Shown: positions 1 to 11,263, counted from the first letter of the whole stretch. The stretch: DNA of 61,969 nt, filler included, from Globobulimina sp. (GCA_003354225.1; 28 parts of 28 records of this genome joined end to end with filler, not necessarily neighbours in it), one strand, 5' to 3'. Notes: generated from the sequence alone by a model not told the origin. Numbers and translations: made by a program.

Positions 1-248
1 AAGTGATGCTTTCTTTAAGCTATCATCACATATTATTATTATCTCAATAATACCGGATTTATACTTATTGTTTTCCGGATCTATTTGCAAAATTTGTTTC
101 CATGCAAACAACTGCTATATTTTATATTTCCCAGTCTTATTTTATAACAACTGTTTGGGCTTTTATTTTTTTATTTAAATCTTGCCAAAAATAGAAACTA
201 TTTCAAACTGGAAAGTTAAAAGCTTTGTGTTGTTAAAATTTATAGTAT

Positions 249-1880
249 TTATCTACATTCTAAACTTAACCAACCAAAAAATGTAAAAACTCTCAAAATA
301 TGAAACAACGCGTCATCCAACAAATCATTATCGATATCAATAAAATCTTTAATATCTTTAGAGGTAAACTTGACCATTTTGCCTTGTTTCTTTTTCCGTA
401 AATCACAGATCCAATCGATCACTTTTACTGTCATCGCATTGTTACACTGCAAAATTATCCTTGATACGGATGCAAAAGTATCACTTTCACCAAAATTAAC
501 ATGCAATATATACTCACATAATATCCCACCATCTCCATCCGGCTCCATTCCATCGATATCCTTTATTTCTATTTCCATATCACCAAAACTGCAAAACTGT
601 TGCCCCAAATCTTTCTCCTCAACCTTTTCCACTCCGTTTTTTATGTCATTGGCTCGCAGCAAAATACTCAATGGATTCAGCACAAAACACGAATCTGAGT
701 CTACACTGATTTCCAATTCTGATGACTTTGCATCGCAGTCAACAGTCTCGACACAAACAGTATTATCCGCAGACAATGCGCGATCTGCAAAAGAATGTGG
801 CACCACAAAGGATGGATATTTCTGCATAGCACACACAAACGACTGGAGTTTGCCACATAAACCATCCAATATGCCATGCGTTTGTCGCATATCATTGCAT
901 AACATTGGCTGTCGGAACTCGCGCTGTGTACTCATGTAATGATTGAGTGCGTTGCCCAGTAACTCCTTGAATGTCAGCGGTACAATGCTCAAATTGATAG
1001 ACAATGAGTGGTCGGACATAGTTTCGACTTTATGCCAACTGCCAGATGGAAAATATAGCACTGAGCCTGGCCGCAAATCAATAATTCTTCTCTTATCTTT
1101 GTAGTCTGCGCCGTCAAACTCTTTCCACTGTCTACCATCAAACGACTGTGACTCTGCTGTATGTAGTTTGAACTGACATTCTTTTGCGGACAGATCCGAA
1201 TCGGCGGAGTTTCCATAATGCGGAGTGTTTCCACGCAAAACGTTTTTGAAGGAAGAGTTGTTTGCGTCAATCGGCAATAAATACCATCGTTTATGGCCAA
1301 ATAATTGGATCGTAAAATTGTGCTGAAAGTCATAATGCCAGTCAGTTAAATGCCTTTTATGCGCCACGAAAACCTCAATCTCGCCGCGCAAATTCTTATC
1401 GCTGTCATTTGCAGCAATGCCGACGCGTAAATCCCTCATTAAACTGGGAATGAACATATCTGCCAATTCTTGCGAGGATCGAAAATAAAGACTGCCGCCA
1501 CAATGATAACACGACAGCGCAGAGTCACAATCATCGACAGTGAATGATAGCAAATTGTTTTGATTCGAATTCGAATTCGATTTCGATTTCATCCAAACAT
1601 GAATGCTTTCCGATGCCGTGTCTTGTAATAATGTCTTCAAATGGAATGGGAAAGGACCATTTAATAAATCTCGCACACGATCTCCATCATCGATGCTGAC
1701 ATGATAACATTTCTTGGTCCAATACTCTTTGATGAATGCCTCCGTATCCAATGGATGCAACAATGTTGACAATAAATTGTGTCCATCGATAGGAATACGT
1801 GGATAGTCTGACTCAGCATTGTCTAGTTTCTGCTTCTTTGATGGTGGCAAAGCTGCCTCAAACGCTGCAGTCCGTTTCAT
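249..1880 (-). CDS. JmjC-domain 2-oxoglutarate/Fe(II) hydroxylase (RIOX/cupin_4-like)
   Basis: 543-aa intact ORF; HxD in TDWHYDFQHNFTIQLFGHKRWYL and distal His in PGSVLYFPSGSWHKVET; N-terminal NLS-like KKQK. Confidence 0.88.
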   Translation of the reverse strand: MKRTAAFEAALPPSKKQKLDNAESDYPRIPIDGHNLLSTLLHPLDTEAFIKEYWTKKCYHVSIDDGDRVRDLLNGPFPFHLKTLLQDTASESIHVWMKSKSNSNSNQNNLLSFTVDDCDSALSCYHCGGSLYFRSSQELADMFIPSLMRDLRVGIAANDSDKNLRGEIEVFVAHKRHLTDWHYDFQHNFTIQLFGHKRWYLLPIDANNSSFKNVLRGNTPHYGNSADSDLSAKECQFKLHTAESQSFDGRQWKEFDGADYKDKRRIIDLRPGSVLYFPSGSWHKVETMSDHSLSINLSIVPLTFKELLGNALNHYMSTQREFRQPMLCNDMRQTHGILDGLCGKLQSFVCAMQKYPSFVVPHSFADRALSADNTVCVETVDCDAKSSELEISVDSDSCFVLNPLSILLRANDIKNGVEKVEEKDLGQQFCSFGDMEIEIKDIDGMEPDGDGGILCEYILHVNFGESDTFASVSRIILQCNNAMTVKVIDWICDLRKKKQGKMVKFTSKDIKDFIDIDNDLLDDALFHILRVFTFFGWLSLECR

Positions 1881-1928
1881 TTAATATTTAAGTCACTGAG
1901 AAAAACAAAAGTTTGTTAAGATGCTTAA

Positions 1929-2118
1929 TTATTTTAATTGGTCATAAGTGTCAGTTTTATTTGAAGCCACTTTTAAAATGACATTTTCATTGAATTCGCT
2001 GGGTACTTGGCCAATGCGTTTAGATTTTAACAATGAGTGCAATCCATTTAAATCGTCAGTGCTGACTCTAATTATTGATGATGCTCTTTCAAAGCATTCA
2101 CATCCACACTGATTATAA
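1929..2118 (-). CDS. 3' end of an unknown gene (partial)
   Basis: Open frame from contig edge (YNQCGCECFER...TYDQLK) to TAA at 1929-1931, 48 bp upstream of the JmjC ATG. Confidence 0.4.
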
Positions 2119-2218
2119 NNNNNNNNNNNNNNNNNNNNNNNNNNNNNNNNNNNNNNNNNNNNTTAATTAATTAANNNNNNNNNNNNNNNNNNNNNNNNNN
2201 NNNNNNNNNNNNNNNNNN

Positions 2219-2493
2219 TTGAGCGAGAAAGGAATTGAGAAAATGAATTGGATCAAAGGTGGTGGAATAACTGCAGCTGCAGACTTTTTATAATAGAAAG
2301 AAACAATTATATTTTATTATAAACTTGTTGTTGCAAGGTAGTTGTTTATAATTCTCTTGTTTTAATCCAATTTTTGCTCTGATTAAAAATAGGTGAAGTC
2401 ATTGAAGTGCAAGGATATTTGGAGTAGTTTAAAGTGCAAGGATACATAAAAAAAGTTGATCCAATTCATTTTCTCAATTCCTTTCTCGCTCAA
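2219..2493. repeat. Perfect 38-bp inverted repeat (2219-2256 / 2456-2493)
   Basis: TTGAGCGAGAAAGGAATTGAGAAAATGAATTGGATCAA and its exact reverse complement; degenerate CAATTCATTT units follow to ~2590. Confidence 0.9.
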
Positions 2494-2601
2494 TTCATTT
2501 ATTTTAATTCCAATTCATTGTTTTTTCAATTCCTAGCATTCACAATTTAATTCCAATCAATTTTCTAAATTTATTTCTCAATTCATTTATTTGAATAGGT
2601 T

Positions 2602-2677
2602 TGTCGCGGCCGCCTCAGGATTTGAACCTGAATCTTCTGGATATATCTGTCCAGTGCTCTGCTTGAGCTACGCGACA
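2602..2677 (-). pseudogene. tRNA-like element (tRNA pseudogene or tRNA-derived repeat)
   Basis: Minus strand folds as TGTCGCG-TA-GCTC/GAGC D arm, CTGGA/TCCAG anticodon arm, TCAGG-TTCAAAT-CCTGA T arm, then GGCGGC-CGCGACA; A- and B-box-like motifs present; anticodon loop is 8 nt. Confidence 0.7.
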
Positions 2678-2987
2678 GTTTTAATATCAATATCATCCAT
2701 AAATCGTATTTAGATGGGTTTCTATATGTTGCTGAAATTTATATCAAATACAAACATTAATGAAATCAGCACATCAGGAACAACATACTAAGAGCTTTGC
2801 TGCTCAATCAATAGTCAATACAAACTGAACAAGGTTTTCAGCTTGGTTACATATTCTTGTTATTTAGTATTCTTGAAAAAACACTCCAACTGAAATGTTT
2901 GTTTTGGACACAGGTTTTTATTTTAAATACACTAAATCCTAGCTCGAGTTGTAAAAACTAAAAAGTGAAATCAGTGAAATCAGTGAA

Positions 2988-4336
2988 ATGAGTAAACACA
3001 AACACAAGCAACGAGCACAAGCAGATGAAAAAAGATATGATGAGGAACATAATGCATTAATGGATGATGATTTTGAAGTGAGTACAAAGAAAAAAATCAA
3101 TTGGGACAGTATCTCAGATCAATATTTATCAAATAATGATAGGTTAAATTTGCGGCAATTACAAGGGTCAGATACAGAATTATTAGCACCCGACGCCGAT
3201 ATAAAAGCAATATTTGATGATGAAGATCAATCCATTTCTGTTGCAAACTCATTTATAAAAGTGTTAGAATTGCGATCTCCGGAACAATTAACTTATATTT
3301 TATTATTATTGTCCACCATATTACGCAATGACGACCGTCGCGGCAAAATATTCTTAAAATTGCAAGAAAAATGGCCAAACAAACGGATAATATCTTCCTT
3401 TTCGAGGGTCTGGTTAAGAGACGACATTTCATCGTCGTTTTGCAAAGGAAATGCCGCCATCTCTGCAGCGATAATATTGCGATTCAGCGATGATGGCAAT
3501 AATGACAACGACGACTACAATTCATTGTGTTCCTTTATTTTGCGGCAATTCGGGTCGTGCCGCAATGACCAATTAATTTCTCCATTGTTGGCCTTAAAAG
3601 GCATCATTTTCAATTTCTACTTTTTAAACACTTTCTTATCGGAAGGCGGCATCGACAAATTATGCCACATAATATTTGAGAACGACAACCATCGCCAAGT
3701 CATTTATTTGGCCGTTTACAATTTGTGGGCTTTGACATTCACAAAATTTAAAACTCAAAAAATATTCAAAATATTATTGAATGGCTTATTAATCGATAAA
3801 TTAATAAAATTTATCAAAAATAAGCTATCCATTAAAATAACACGTGTTATATTGGGATTATTTGAGAATTTATTAAATTTTGAAAATTTTAATGAAATGG
3901 TGGTTCTTTTTGGGTTATTTCCAATTTTGCAGCAAATGGAAGAGACTGAAGAAAAAATTGATGATTTTGAGCTAAAATGTTCAGTAAAAAATTTATTAAA
4001 TAATTTAGAATCATCAGTAAAAATTTTGAGTTCATTTGAAAGATATTCGCAAGAAATTAAATCAGAGAAATTATTGTGGGGTCCTTGTCATAACGAGTCA
4101 TTTTGGAAAAAATATTCAAATAAATTAGAAAATGATAATTATAAATTAATTCGTTGTTTAATCAATTTATTGGACTCCGCGGACGCCGAAACTGTGGCCG
4201 TTGCCTGTTACGACATTGGTGAATGGAGCAGGTTTTATCAGGAAGGCAGTGCCAAATCGGTCATTGAAAAATTGAATGGAAAATATAAATTAATGAAACT
4301 AATCGATAACTTTGATAATGACGTTAAACAAAACGC
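2988..4336 (+). CDS. VMA13: V-type H+-ATPase V1 subunit H (3' truncated)
   Basis: C-terminal signature LLWGPCHNESFWKKY...TVAVACYDIGEW...GKYKLMKLI...DVK; ARM-like helical N-terminus. Confidence 0.92.
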
Positions 4337-4436
4337 NNNNNNNNNNNNNNNNNNNNNNNNNNNNNNNNNNNNNNNNNNNNTTAATTAATTAANNNNNNNN
4401 NNNNNNNNNNNNNNNNNNNNNNNNNNNNNNNNNNNN

Positions 4437-4817
4437 TTTATGTTGTTTACATGCTAAATGAAAATATTCTTGATATTGCTGTGGTTTTTTGATGTAAATT
4501 GATTCCGGGAAACCTGAATTGTTATTATTGATTCCGGTGTTTGTAGGCTCTGCAATCAATACTTGATCCAATAAATCTTGTATTTTCTCTGATAATAACT
4601 TTGGTTTCTTGAAATACTGTCCGGCCTGCATTGTTCCAGTAAGATCGACCAAAGTACGTTTTGTGCTAAAATGAAATGTTTTATCTTCTTCAAAAACGTT
4701 AATGCTGTGTTTTTTGCGTTTTTTAAAAAGTTGACCATTAATTTTCAGATTATTATCATGCATATTAAAATATATTAAAGTATAATTATTTAATCGTAAA
4801 TCACACACTACAATCAA
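4437..4817 (-). CDS. Hypothetical protein (partial)
   Basis: ORF running off the contig edge; no family recognised. Confidence 0.35.
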
Positions 4818-4864
4818 AAATAAAATGTGCTCATCGTCTCAATATCTTCTTGGTATAAAAATAT

Positions 4865-5983
4865 TTAATAAGTGGTATCTTGAGCATTATTATTATAAAT
4901 AACATGATAATACCATAAATGCGTTGATTGTGAATCTTGTGATTCATTTTGTTCCCAAAACACAAATTTATGTTCGTTCGTTTTTTGGAGAATTTCCAAT
5001 TGCAATTCCGCTTTAATTATTTCTTTGATCTTATCATTTCCCCATTTTTGTGTATCGCGTATAACCAATAAATATTGTTTTAAACCTTTTTCTAAATAAA
5101 AATGGTATCGATCCGAAACAAAAACATATTTATCATGATCATACTCCATCTCATTACCTTTATTCTCCTCATTATCAACAATCAATTTGCCAAACTCATC
5201 TTTTTTAACTTTACATTTAAAATAACGTCTTAAATCCGCATCGCCCGACGCATTAAACCTAATTTTAGTTTCTTCAGTTTCTTGCAAATATCTTCTACAA
5301 ACTCTCTCATTCCATCCATACTCCGCAGCACATTCATGTTTACTGACAATATCATCATTACTCGCAAAAGCCTCCCATTTATACGCAGTACTCACATATT
5401 TCAAATGTTTGATATTGTGCATATACGCATTCATATCCACACTAATTATCTGATAATGATCTAAATCAGGGATAGATTTCAAATGTGCCGGATTCTCCCA
5501 ATACACATATTCCTTATCAGCACCAATATGTTTTGCAATAAATTCCTCCAACACATTCTTCTCAACTTTGTCGTCCAAATACCAAATTAAATTATGCGCG
5601 ATGCCCTTTTCATAAAAATAAGGATACAAATTCTCAGTCCATAACAAACGCGGCGTTGTTTCATCCACAATGGCCATCAACTTATTATTTTCTGTATGTA
5701 GCTCACTTTTACATTTAAACTCTTTTATTAATATCTTATCGCGAATGGAATTAAAACCAACTTCTTGTACTTGTTCCTTTTCCTCGTTTTCTTTATTAGC
5801 TTCCTTTGATTTCTTTCCTTTATTCCTGTCCTGGATATATTTCCTTAGCCACTTTTCCTGTCGACCAAACTTCTCAATATCTTTACTTTTGATAATATCA
5901 CAGGCTTCTTTCCACAAAAAAGACTCATCGGCCCACGTCGCATTATTTGCGCCTAAATGGACCCGATAGACACCGGAAACCAT
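4865..5983 (-). CDS. DUF3605 (Gig1-like, HIT-related) protein with a tandem degenerate second domain
   Basis: ENLYPYFYEKGIAHNLIW...YVYWENPAHLKSIPDLDHYQII; echoed by DRYHFYLEKGLKQYLLV...FVFWEQ...HLWYYHVI. Confidence 0.75.
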   Translation of the reverse strand: MVSGVYRVHLGANNATWADESFLWKEACDIIKSKDIEKFGRQEKWLRKYIQDRNKGKKSKEANKENEEKEQVQEVGFNSIRDKILIKEFKCKSELHTENNKLMAIVDETTPRLLWTENLYPYFYEKGIAHNLIWYLDDKVEKNVLEEFIAKHIGADKEYVYWENPAHLKSIPDLDHYQIISVDMNAYMHNIKHLKYVSTAYKWEAFASNDDIVSKHECAAEYGWNERVCRRYLQETEETKIRFNASGDADLRRYFKCKVKKDEFGKLIVDNEENKGNEMEYDHDKYVFVSDRYHFYLEKGLKQYLLVIRDTQKWGNDKIKEIIKAELQLEILQKTNEHKFVFWEQNESQDSQSTHLWYYHVIYNNNAQDTTY

Positions 5984-6011
5984 AATAAATACATGGATTA
6001 TATTTGGAATT

Positions 6012-6554
6012 ATGAATCAGTATCAGTGTCAAGATAACATAGCTATCGCTTATTGGAACATTGATGGTTTGTTCACTAGGTCAGGGGGCCAGAGGTCTTG
6101 CAAACTAGATGATGAGAACTTTCAAACTCAGGTATCTAAGTATGACATCATTTGTTTAGTAGAGACTCATAGTGGTCCTAATGAACCTCTGATGTTAGAC
6201 AACTTTAAAATCTATCACACTGCAAGACCAAAAACTCCTGGATCCAGCCGTCATTTTGGTGGTTTGGCTTTGTGCATAAAGAAATCTATCATCCAAGGCA
6301 TTACTATTTTACCATCAACTTGCAGTGAGATAGCCTGGATCAAACTCAGTAAAGACATTTTCAGCTCTGATTGTGACATATATTTAGCTGCTGTGTATAT
6401 TAGTCCAGTGGGCTCTTCATTCTCAGCTAAAAGAGATAACATCGTTATCTTTGAAATTTTAGAGGAAGATGTAAGTAAATTCTCTAAGCTTGGGAACTGT
6501 ATTATTTGTGGAGACTTTAACGCTCGTACAGCATGTGAACCTGATTACTGCACA
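6012..6554 (+). mobile_element. Non-LTR retrotransposon (LINE) APE-type endonuclease, N-terminal fragment
   Basis: EEP motifs WNIDGL, DIICLVETH, GGLALCIK, AVYISP, IICGDFNART. Confidence 0.85.
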
Positions 6555-6706
6555 NNNNNNNNNNNNNNNNNNNNNNNNNNNNNNNNNNNNNNNNNNNNTT
6601 AATTAATTAANNNNNNNNNNNNNNNNNNNNNNNNNNNNNNNNNNNNNNNNNNNNCAAGCATGACACCTGTCAGAGCACACATATTTTTTGTTAATTGTCA
6701 TAGTAA

Positions 6707-7987
6707 TTAAAGACCACAAAAATCCCATCCAATCATACAAATTGGTTGGGTCAGAGGCCACTGATCTTGAATCGCTTGGATATATAAAACAACAATGCCA
6801 TACGACCCATACCATATTGAATAGTCAGCATTGGAATACTGTGTCCGTAACGCATTTAAATTATCATTATTCAATGTAAATTCAATAAATTGAATAGCTC
6901 TCCATAATGACTGATTCATTAAATACGAAACATCAAATTCTTTATTTAACATAGAATCAGTGCCTCTTTTTGAAATAATTTGCAAATTTTTGAACAAATG
7001 CAATAACGTATACGTATTGCCGCCAATCCCATGGCATTGCATTAATCCTTTGATTAATAGTCCTCTCCTCCATGTTGCATCAAATGCTTTTACTGCAGCT
7101 TGCAAATATAGGTCGGCCTTCTCATTATCACCAATGCCATCATAAACAACCGCCGCTAAGCCATACGTCCCAATGAAGGATGGAGCTCCATTGCACCATT
7201 GGACGCGGCCATCACTATCATTGCCTAGGAACGAAGTATTACAATAAAATGCAACATTCTCCGAATAAGTCGGCATATTGCCATCATTTAATTGTATGGA
7301 GACCTCCCAATCCAAAGTATTTGTAATGGCAGTCCTGTATTTTTCAATCAACATTAAATCTGGGACAAAGCCACGGTTATAAGCTTCCAATAAAAATTTT
7401 AGAACTCCACCAATGCCATCCCCTGCTCCTGCGAAATAACACGGATTATCTGCATCATGGCTCCACGGCATTTCATAGATCATGTAATCCAAATTGTATT
7501 CCTGTCCTCTTTGTATCCCAATATCCACCAAATAATATGACAAATTCGCAATGTACACTGCGATATTTTCAATTGAATCAGCAAAATGCTCTGCAATTAA
7601 GATCTCAGCATATAATAAACCCGCAAGCCCTGAAGCTAGTGATCCGTCCAACATATCAAAGCTATATATTGGTGATAGGATCGCATTTGTATTGATTGCA
7701 GTATTTGCATCTTGCACAATGTCATAGATTTTATCCAAATACATTCGTACATTGTTTGTGTTGTTTTTAAACTGTGCAAGTTGCGCTGCTACCATATAAA
7801 CGCCAATATCTCCGACAAAATAGGAAGGTACAGAATCATGTGGAATATGGAGGGATGTGAGTGCATTTTGCATGTATTCTGATGCAATCTGTAAATATGA
7901 TACGTTTTGGGTAGAATTACTGAAATCATCCTTTCTGAACTGAAGTACACTAAAAAGTTTACAGTGTGCTCTGACATAAATAATCAT
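6707..7987 (-). CDS. LanC-like (LanCL) protein; 5' end uncertain
   Basis: VQWCNGAP, WRRGLLIKGLMQCHGIGGNTY and SLASGLAGLLYA match eukaryotic LanCL repeats and Zn ligands. Confidence 0.88.
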   Translation of the reverse strand: MIIYVRAHCKLFSVLQFRKDDFSNSTQNVSYLQIASEYMQNALTSLHIPHDSVPSYFVGDIGVYMVAAQLAQFKNNTNNVRMYLDKIYDIVQDANTAINTNAILSPIYSFDMLDGSLASGLAGLLYAEILIAEHFADSIENIAVYIANLSYYLVDIGIQRGQEYNLDYMIYEMPWSHDADNPCYFAGAGDGIGGVLKFLLEAYNRGFVPDLMLIEKYRTAITNTLDWEVSIQLNDGNMPTYSENVAFYCNTSFLGNDSDGRVQWCNGAPSFIGTYGLAAVVYDGIGDNEKADLYLQAAVKAFDATWRRGLLIKGLMQCHGIGGNTYTLLHLFKNLQIISKRGTDSMLNKEFDVSYLMNQSLWRAIQFIEFTLNNDNLNALRTQYSNADYSIWYGSYGIVVLYIQAIQDQWPLTQPICMIGWDFCGL

Positions 7988-8184
7988 GGAGTCTCCGCCA
8001 AGACAAACTCACAAGAAACAAAATAGTACTCCATCCAGATTTACTTTGTATGCAATCATGCAACTTAAAGTCATACTATTTGGCCATTCAATCATATCAC
8101 TGAAAGAAAGTCGCGTGTTTAAATCAAATATTATAAATGAGTAAAAGAAAAACAGAAAAATGTAGCAGTTAGTTCATAACAGCA

Positions 8185-8772
8185 TCACCATGCACCATTT
8201 TTTAATTGGCGTTTAATTTCAGCAGAAATATCCGGAGCAGTCCAACCTTTTGGTTTTATAATTTTACCATCAGCTCTTTTTATAAATTTCTTCGTTTTTG
8301 GATCTCTTTTCGCCATATTGGCATTATGAACTAATTCAAATATCTTACTTAAATTTACGCCTTTTTTAGCCATACAATTCAATGAATAATAATAAATATC
8401 AACCAATGCATCGCCTTGTTCCGCAATCAATTTGTGTGTCTGGGTTGGAGCTACATTCATCTTTGGAACACACTTTGCGTCCTCCAACATTCTCTTCATT
8501 GTATGTTTCGCTGCTTGCGGCGGTAAGACAGTCGAATATAATTCCAATAACTACATATTATATGATTTATATCGGAATATCGGCCAAAAAATAATAAGAA
8601 TTCGGAATTTCTGAAAAAAAAATGCATTTACAATATATACCTCGTCGAGAATCATTTTTGTGATAAAATTCACTTCGTCAACGCCCATCAAAACAGGCTT
8701 AGCAGGCACAGGTTGACCAGCTTCATATGTAAATTCACGTACTTTCTGTGCATCGCTTTTGTGCGCTGAACT
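8185..8772 (-). CDS. MazG-like (DR2231/PRA-PH family) nucleotide pyrophosphohydrolase, 5' partial, intron 8551-8640
   Basis: Spliced: KVREFTYEAGQP...MILDE|LLEL...GDALVDIYYY...FELVHNANMAK...RADGKIIKPKGW; a 90-nt GT-AG intron joins the frames. Confidence 0.82.
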
Positions 8773-8872
8773 NNNNNNNNNNNNNNNNNNNNNNNNNNNN
8801 NNNNNNNNNNNNNNNNTTAATTAATTAANNNNNNNNNNNNNNNNNNNNNNNNNNNNNNNNNNNNNNNNNNNN

Positions 8873-10585
8873 CAATCCGCCCTAACATTGATTTACTATC
8901 AATTCCTATACAATCACCGCCAATATATATAACATTCTCATTTGTATACGGATCATTCCACAAAATGGGGCAAAATTGATGTTCAAAATTCGTTTTATAT
9001 GGATACAAATACCATTTATTTTTAACTGCATCATACCATTCAATTGTTTTCTTTGTATCGTCATTGTTAAATCCACCCCATCCACCACCAACAACCACCC
9101 TTTTATCCGACGCATTAAATAATAAACAACCCGATGCCGATCGTGGTAAACATAGCGGCGACAACACTTTGGTTGTTTTATACCGATTGATCTCAACATC
9201 AATATTCTTGGCTGTATTCACATACAATTCCACAGAATTCAATTTCTCCCCAGATTTAGATTTGCCTTCCAACAGAAACACAAAATAAAAGCGCAAATCA
9301 ATAATATTGAATTGTGTACAAAATATATGGAACATATTAATGAGAAAAAAAATATGTTTCCAATGCAAAACAAAAATCCTGCAGCAAAATTATGTATATC
9401 TACCATAAAAAAACACAAATATATCATTTTCAACATACCGCCCATTATCATTAAGTTCTGTCGATCAATCAAACATAAATTCGCACCTTTCCTCTTTGTA
9501 AACAAGCTCACTTTGGATTTTTTCCACTTTGGCGCTTCCTCACGCTTCGAATTCAAATTCAACTCCAAAATGTTGCCCGTTACATCATCGCCGTCCGTAT
9601 CGCCGGCAATGCAGCACAACACTCCAGTGTATGCATTAAATTTGCATGACGCCAACGAGGCTGCCCTCGGCAAATAGGGCAGGTTCAAAGTATAGCCATT
9701 AATGGTATTATTGTCATGCAAATGGTTAAAAATAGTCACATCGCACTCTCGACACCGTTTTCTATTGAACGCATAGACGCCGCCACAGCGAAAAATCAAT
9801 GAATGGTTGGCACCAACATCGAACAGCAAATTGCTATTTTTTTTGTGTTTATTGTCAGGACTCGATATTTCATTTGGTTTCTTGGAGGATAATGTCTTGA
9901 ATTTCCAGCTGAGATTCTTAATAAGTTCGTTGTTGAAAGGCGTATAGTTTAATTTTTTAATGTTTTTTGTGATATATACTGGGAACGAATCAATATTTGT
10001 GATGTTGTCCGCAGCGAACCAATGTCGATCGAAGTTGGTGGAAAATTGAATATTTTTTTTGATGAAAAATTTATTTTCCATGTTTTCTAAATGAAATACA
10101 TAGGGTTTCTGTTTGCCGTTGCTTTGTTGGAATTTTTTTAAATTTAGTAATTGTATTTTGTTGTAACTTTCGTTTTTGTAACGGGTCGATCCGGACCATA
10201 ATAATAAATATCCTCTGTATGTTTTTTTTTTATTTGCGGGTTCTTCTGTTTTTTCGTCGGTTTGTTTTACGGTTAAATCAGGCATTGGCATTTTATCCAT
10301 TTCTTGTTTAAGCTCTTTTTCTTCCATTTGTTGAATATCAATGTCTGATTTTTCAGTTTTATCCATTCGTTGTTTTAATTTTTCTAATTCTGTGCTGATT
10401 TTGGTGATCATAAAAGATTTATTTCGTAGCGCTGAGGTTAATTCTGTGATTTCATAATTCATTGAGTCTATTTGCTTTTGCATTGCATCGAGTCGCTGCT
10501 CGGTGGTCATTGTGGTCGATTTTTTATTGTCGTCATCGTCTTGCAAACGTTGAGATATTGTCTCTGTCAATGGTTGTTCTGCCAT
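8873..10585 (-). CDS. Coiled-coil + Kelch-repeat protein (3' truncated; probable intron 9266-9438)
   Basis: GG-doublet Kelch blades (IFRCGG, MIMGG, VVVGGG, IYIGG; IEWYDAVKNKW); N-terminal heptad coiled coil. Confidence 0.75.
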
Positions 10586-10643
10586 GGTCAAAGATAAAGT
10601 TTTTCAACATCAGAAGTTGACAAAAAAACAACTGAAATAAACC

Positions 10644-10990
10644 ATGCAAAACGAAGAGGAGAAAGATGATGTGCTTGATATGACACTGACAGATCCAGAC
10701 CAAACCAATAAGAACACACTAACTCCCATGGGACCATCTAACGATAAGGATAACAATGAAAACAAAGATCAAGAAATGGAATATAAGCGCAATGGTAACG
10801 TTCCAAATTCTGATCCACCACATCGACAATCAAATGAATCAATGTCTGAATCTAAGACAAGTCCTCGAAATCCCTTTGACGAATCAAAAGATAGCATTAT
10901 AAACAATTGTGCAGTGTTAATCATCCCATTGGATAATCGTGTCACTCCCCAAATGGTTGCAAACAAATTTGTGAAATATGGCAAAATATT
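10644..10990 (+). CDS. Probable RRM protein, N-terminal fragment
   Basis: Low-complexity N-terminus then VLIIPLDNRVTPQMVANKFVKYGKI (RNP2-helix-like). Confidence 0.5.
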
Positions 10991-11090
10991 NNNNNNNNNN
11001 NNNNNNNNNNNNNNNNNNNNNNNNNNNNNNNNNNTTAATTAATTAANNNNNNNNNNNNNNNNNNNNNNNNNNNNNNNNNNNNNNNNNNNN

Positions 11091-11263
11091 GGAATACCAA
11101 CAACTGCAACACCAACCACTGGAACACCAACAACTGGAACACCAACAACTGGAACACCAACAACAGGAACACCATCAGTTGATCATGATCATCATAATGA
11201 TGAAAGTACTGCAGCCAAAGTAAGTGTAGCTCTTTGCAGTTTAATTTGTGTTTTTTTATTTTA
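11091..11263 (+). CDS. C-terminal end of a Thr/Pro/Gly mucin-like, probably GPI-anchored protein
   Basis: 15-bp GGAACACCAACAACT tandem (GTPTT x5), His/Asp patch, hydrophobic tail VSVALCSLICVFLF-stop. Confidence 0.55.

Noticed and set aside
6655..8772. LanC-like + MazG-like as a bacterial lanthipeptide or defence cluster
   Set aside because: Spliceosomal intron present; no LanB/LanM or precursor peptide; LanCL is of the eukaryotic type
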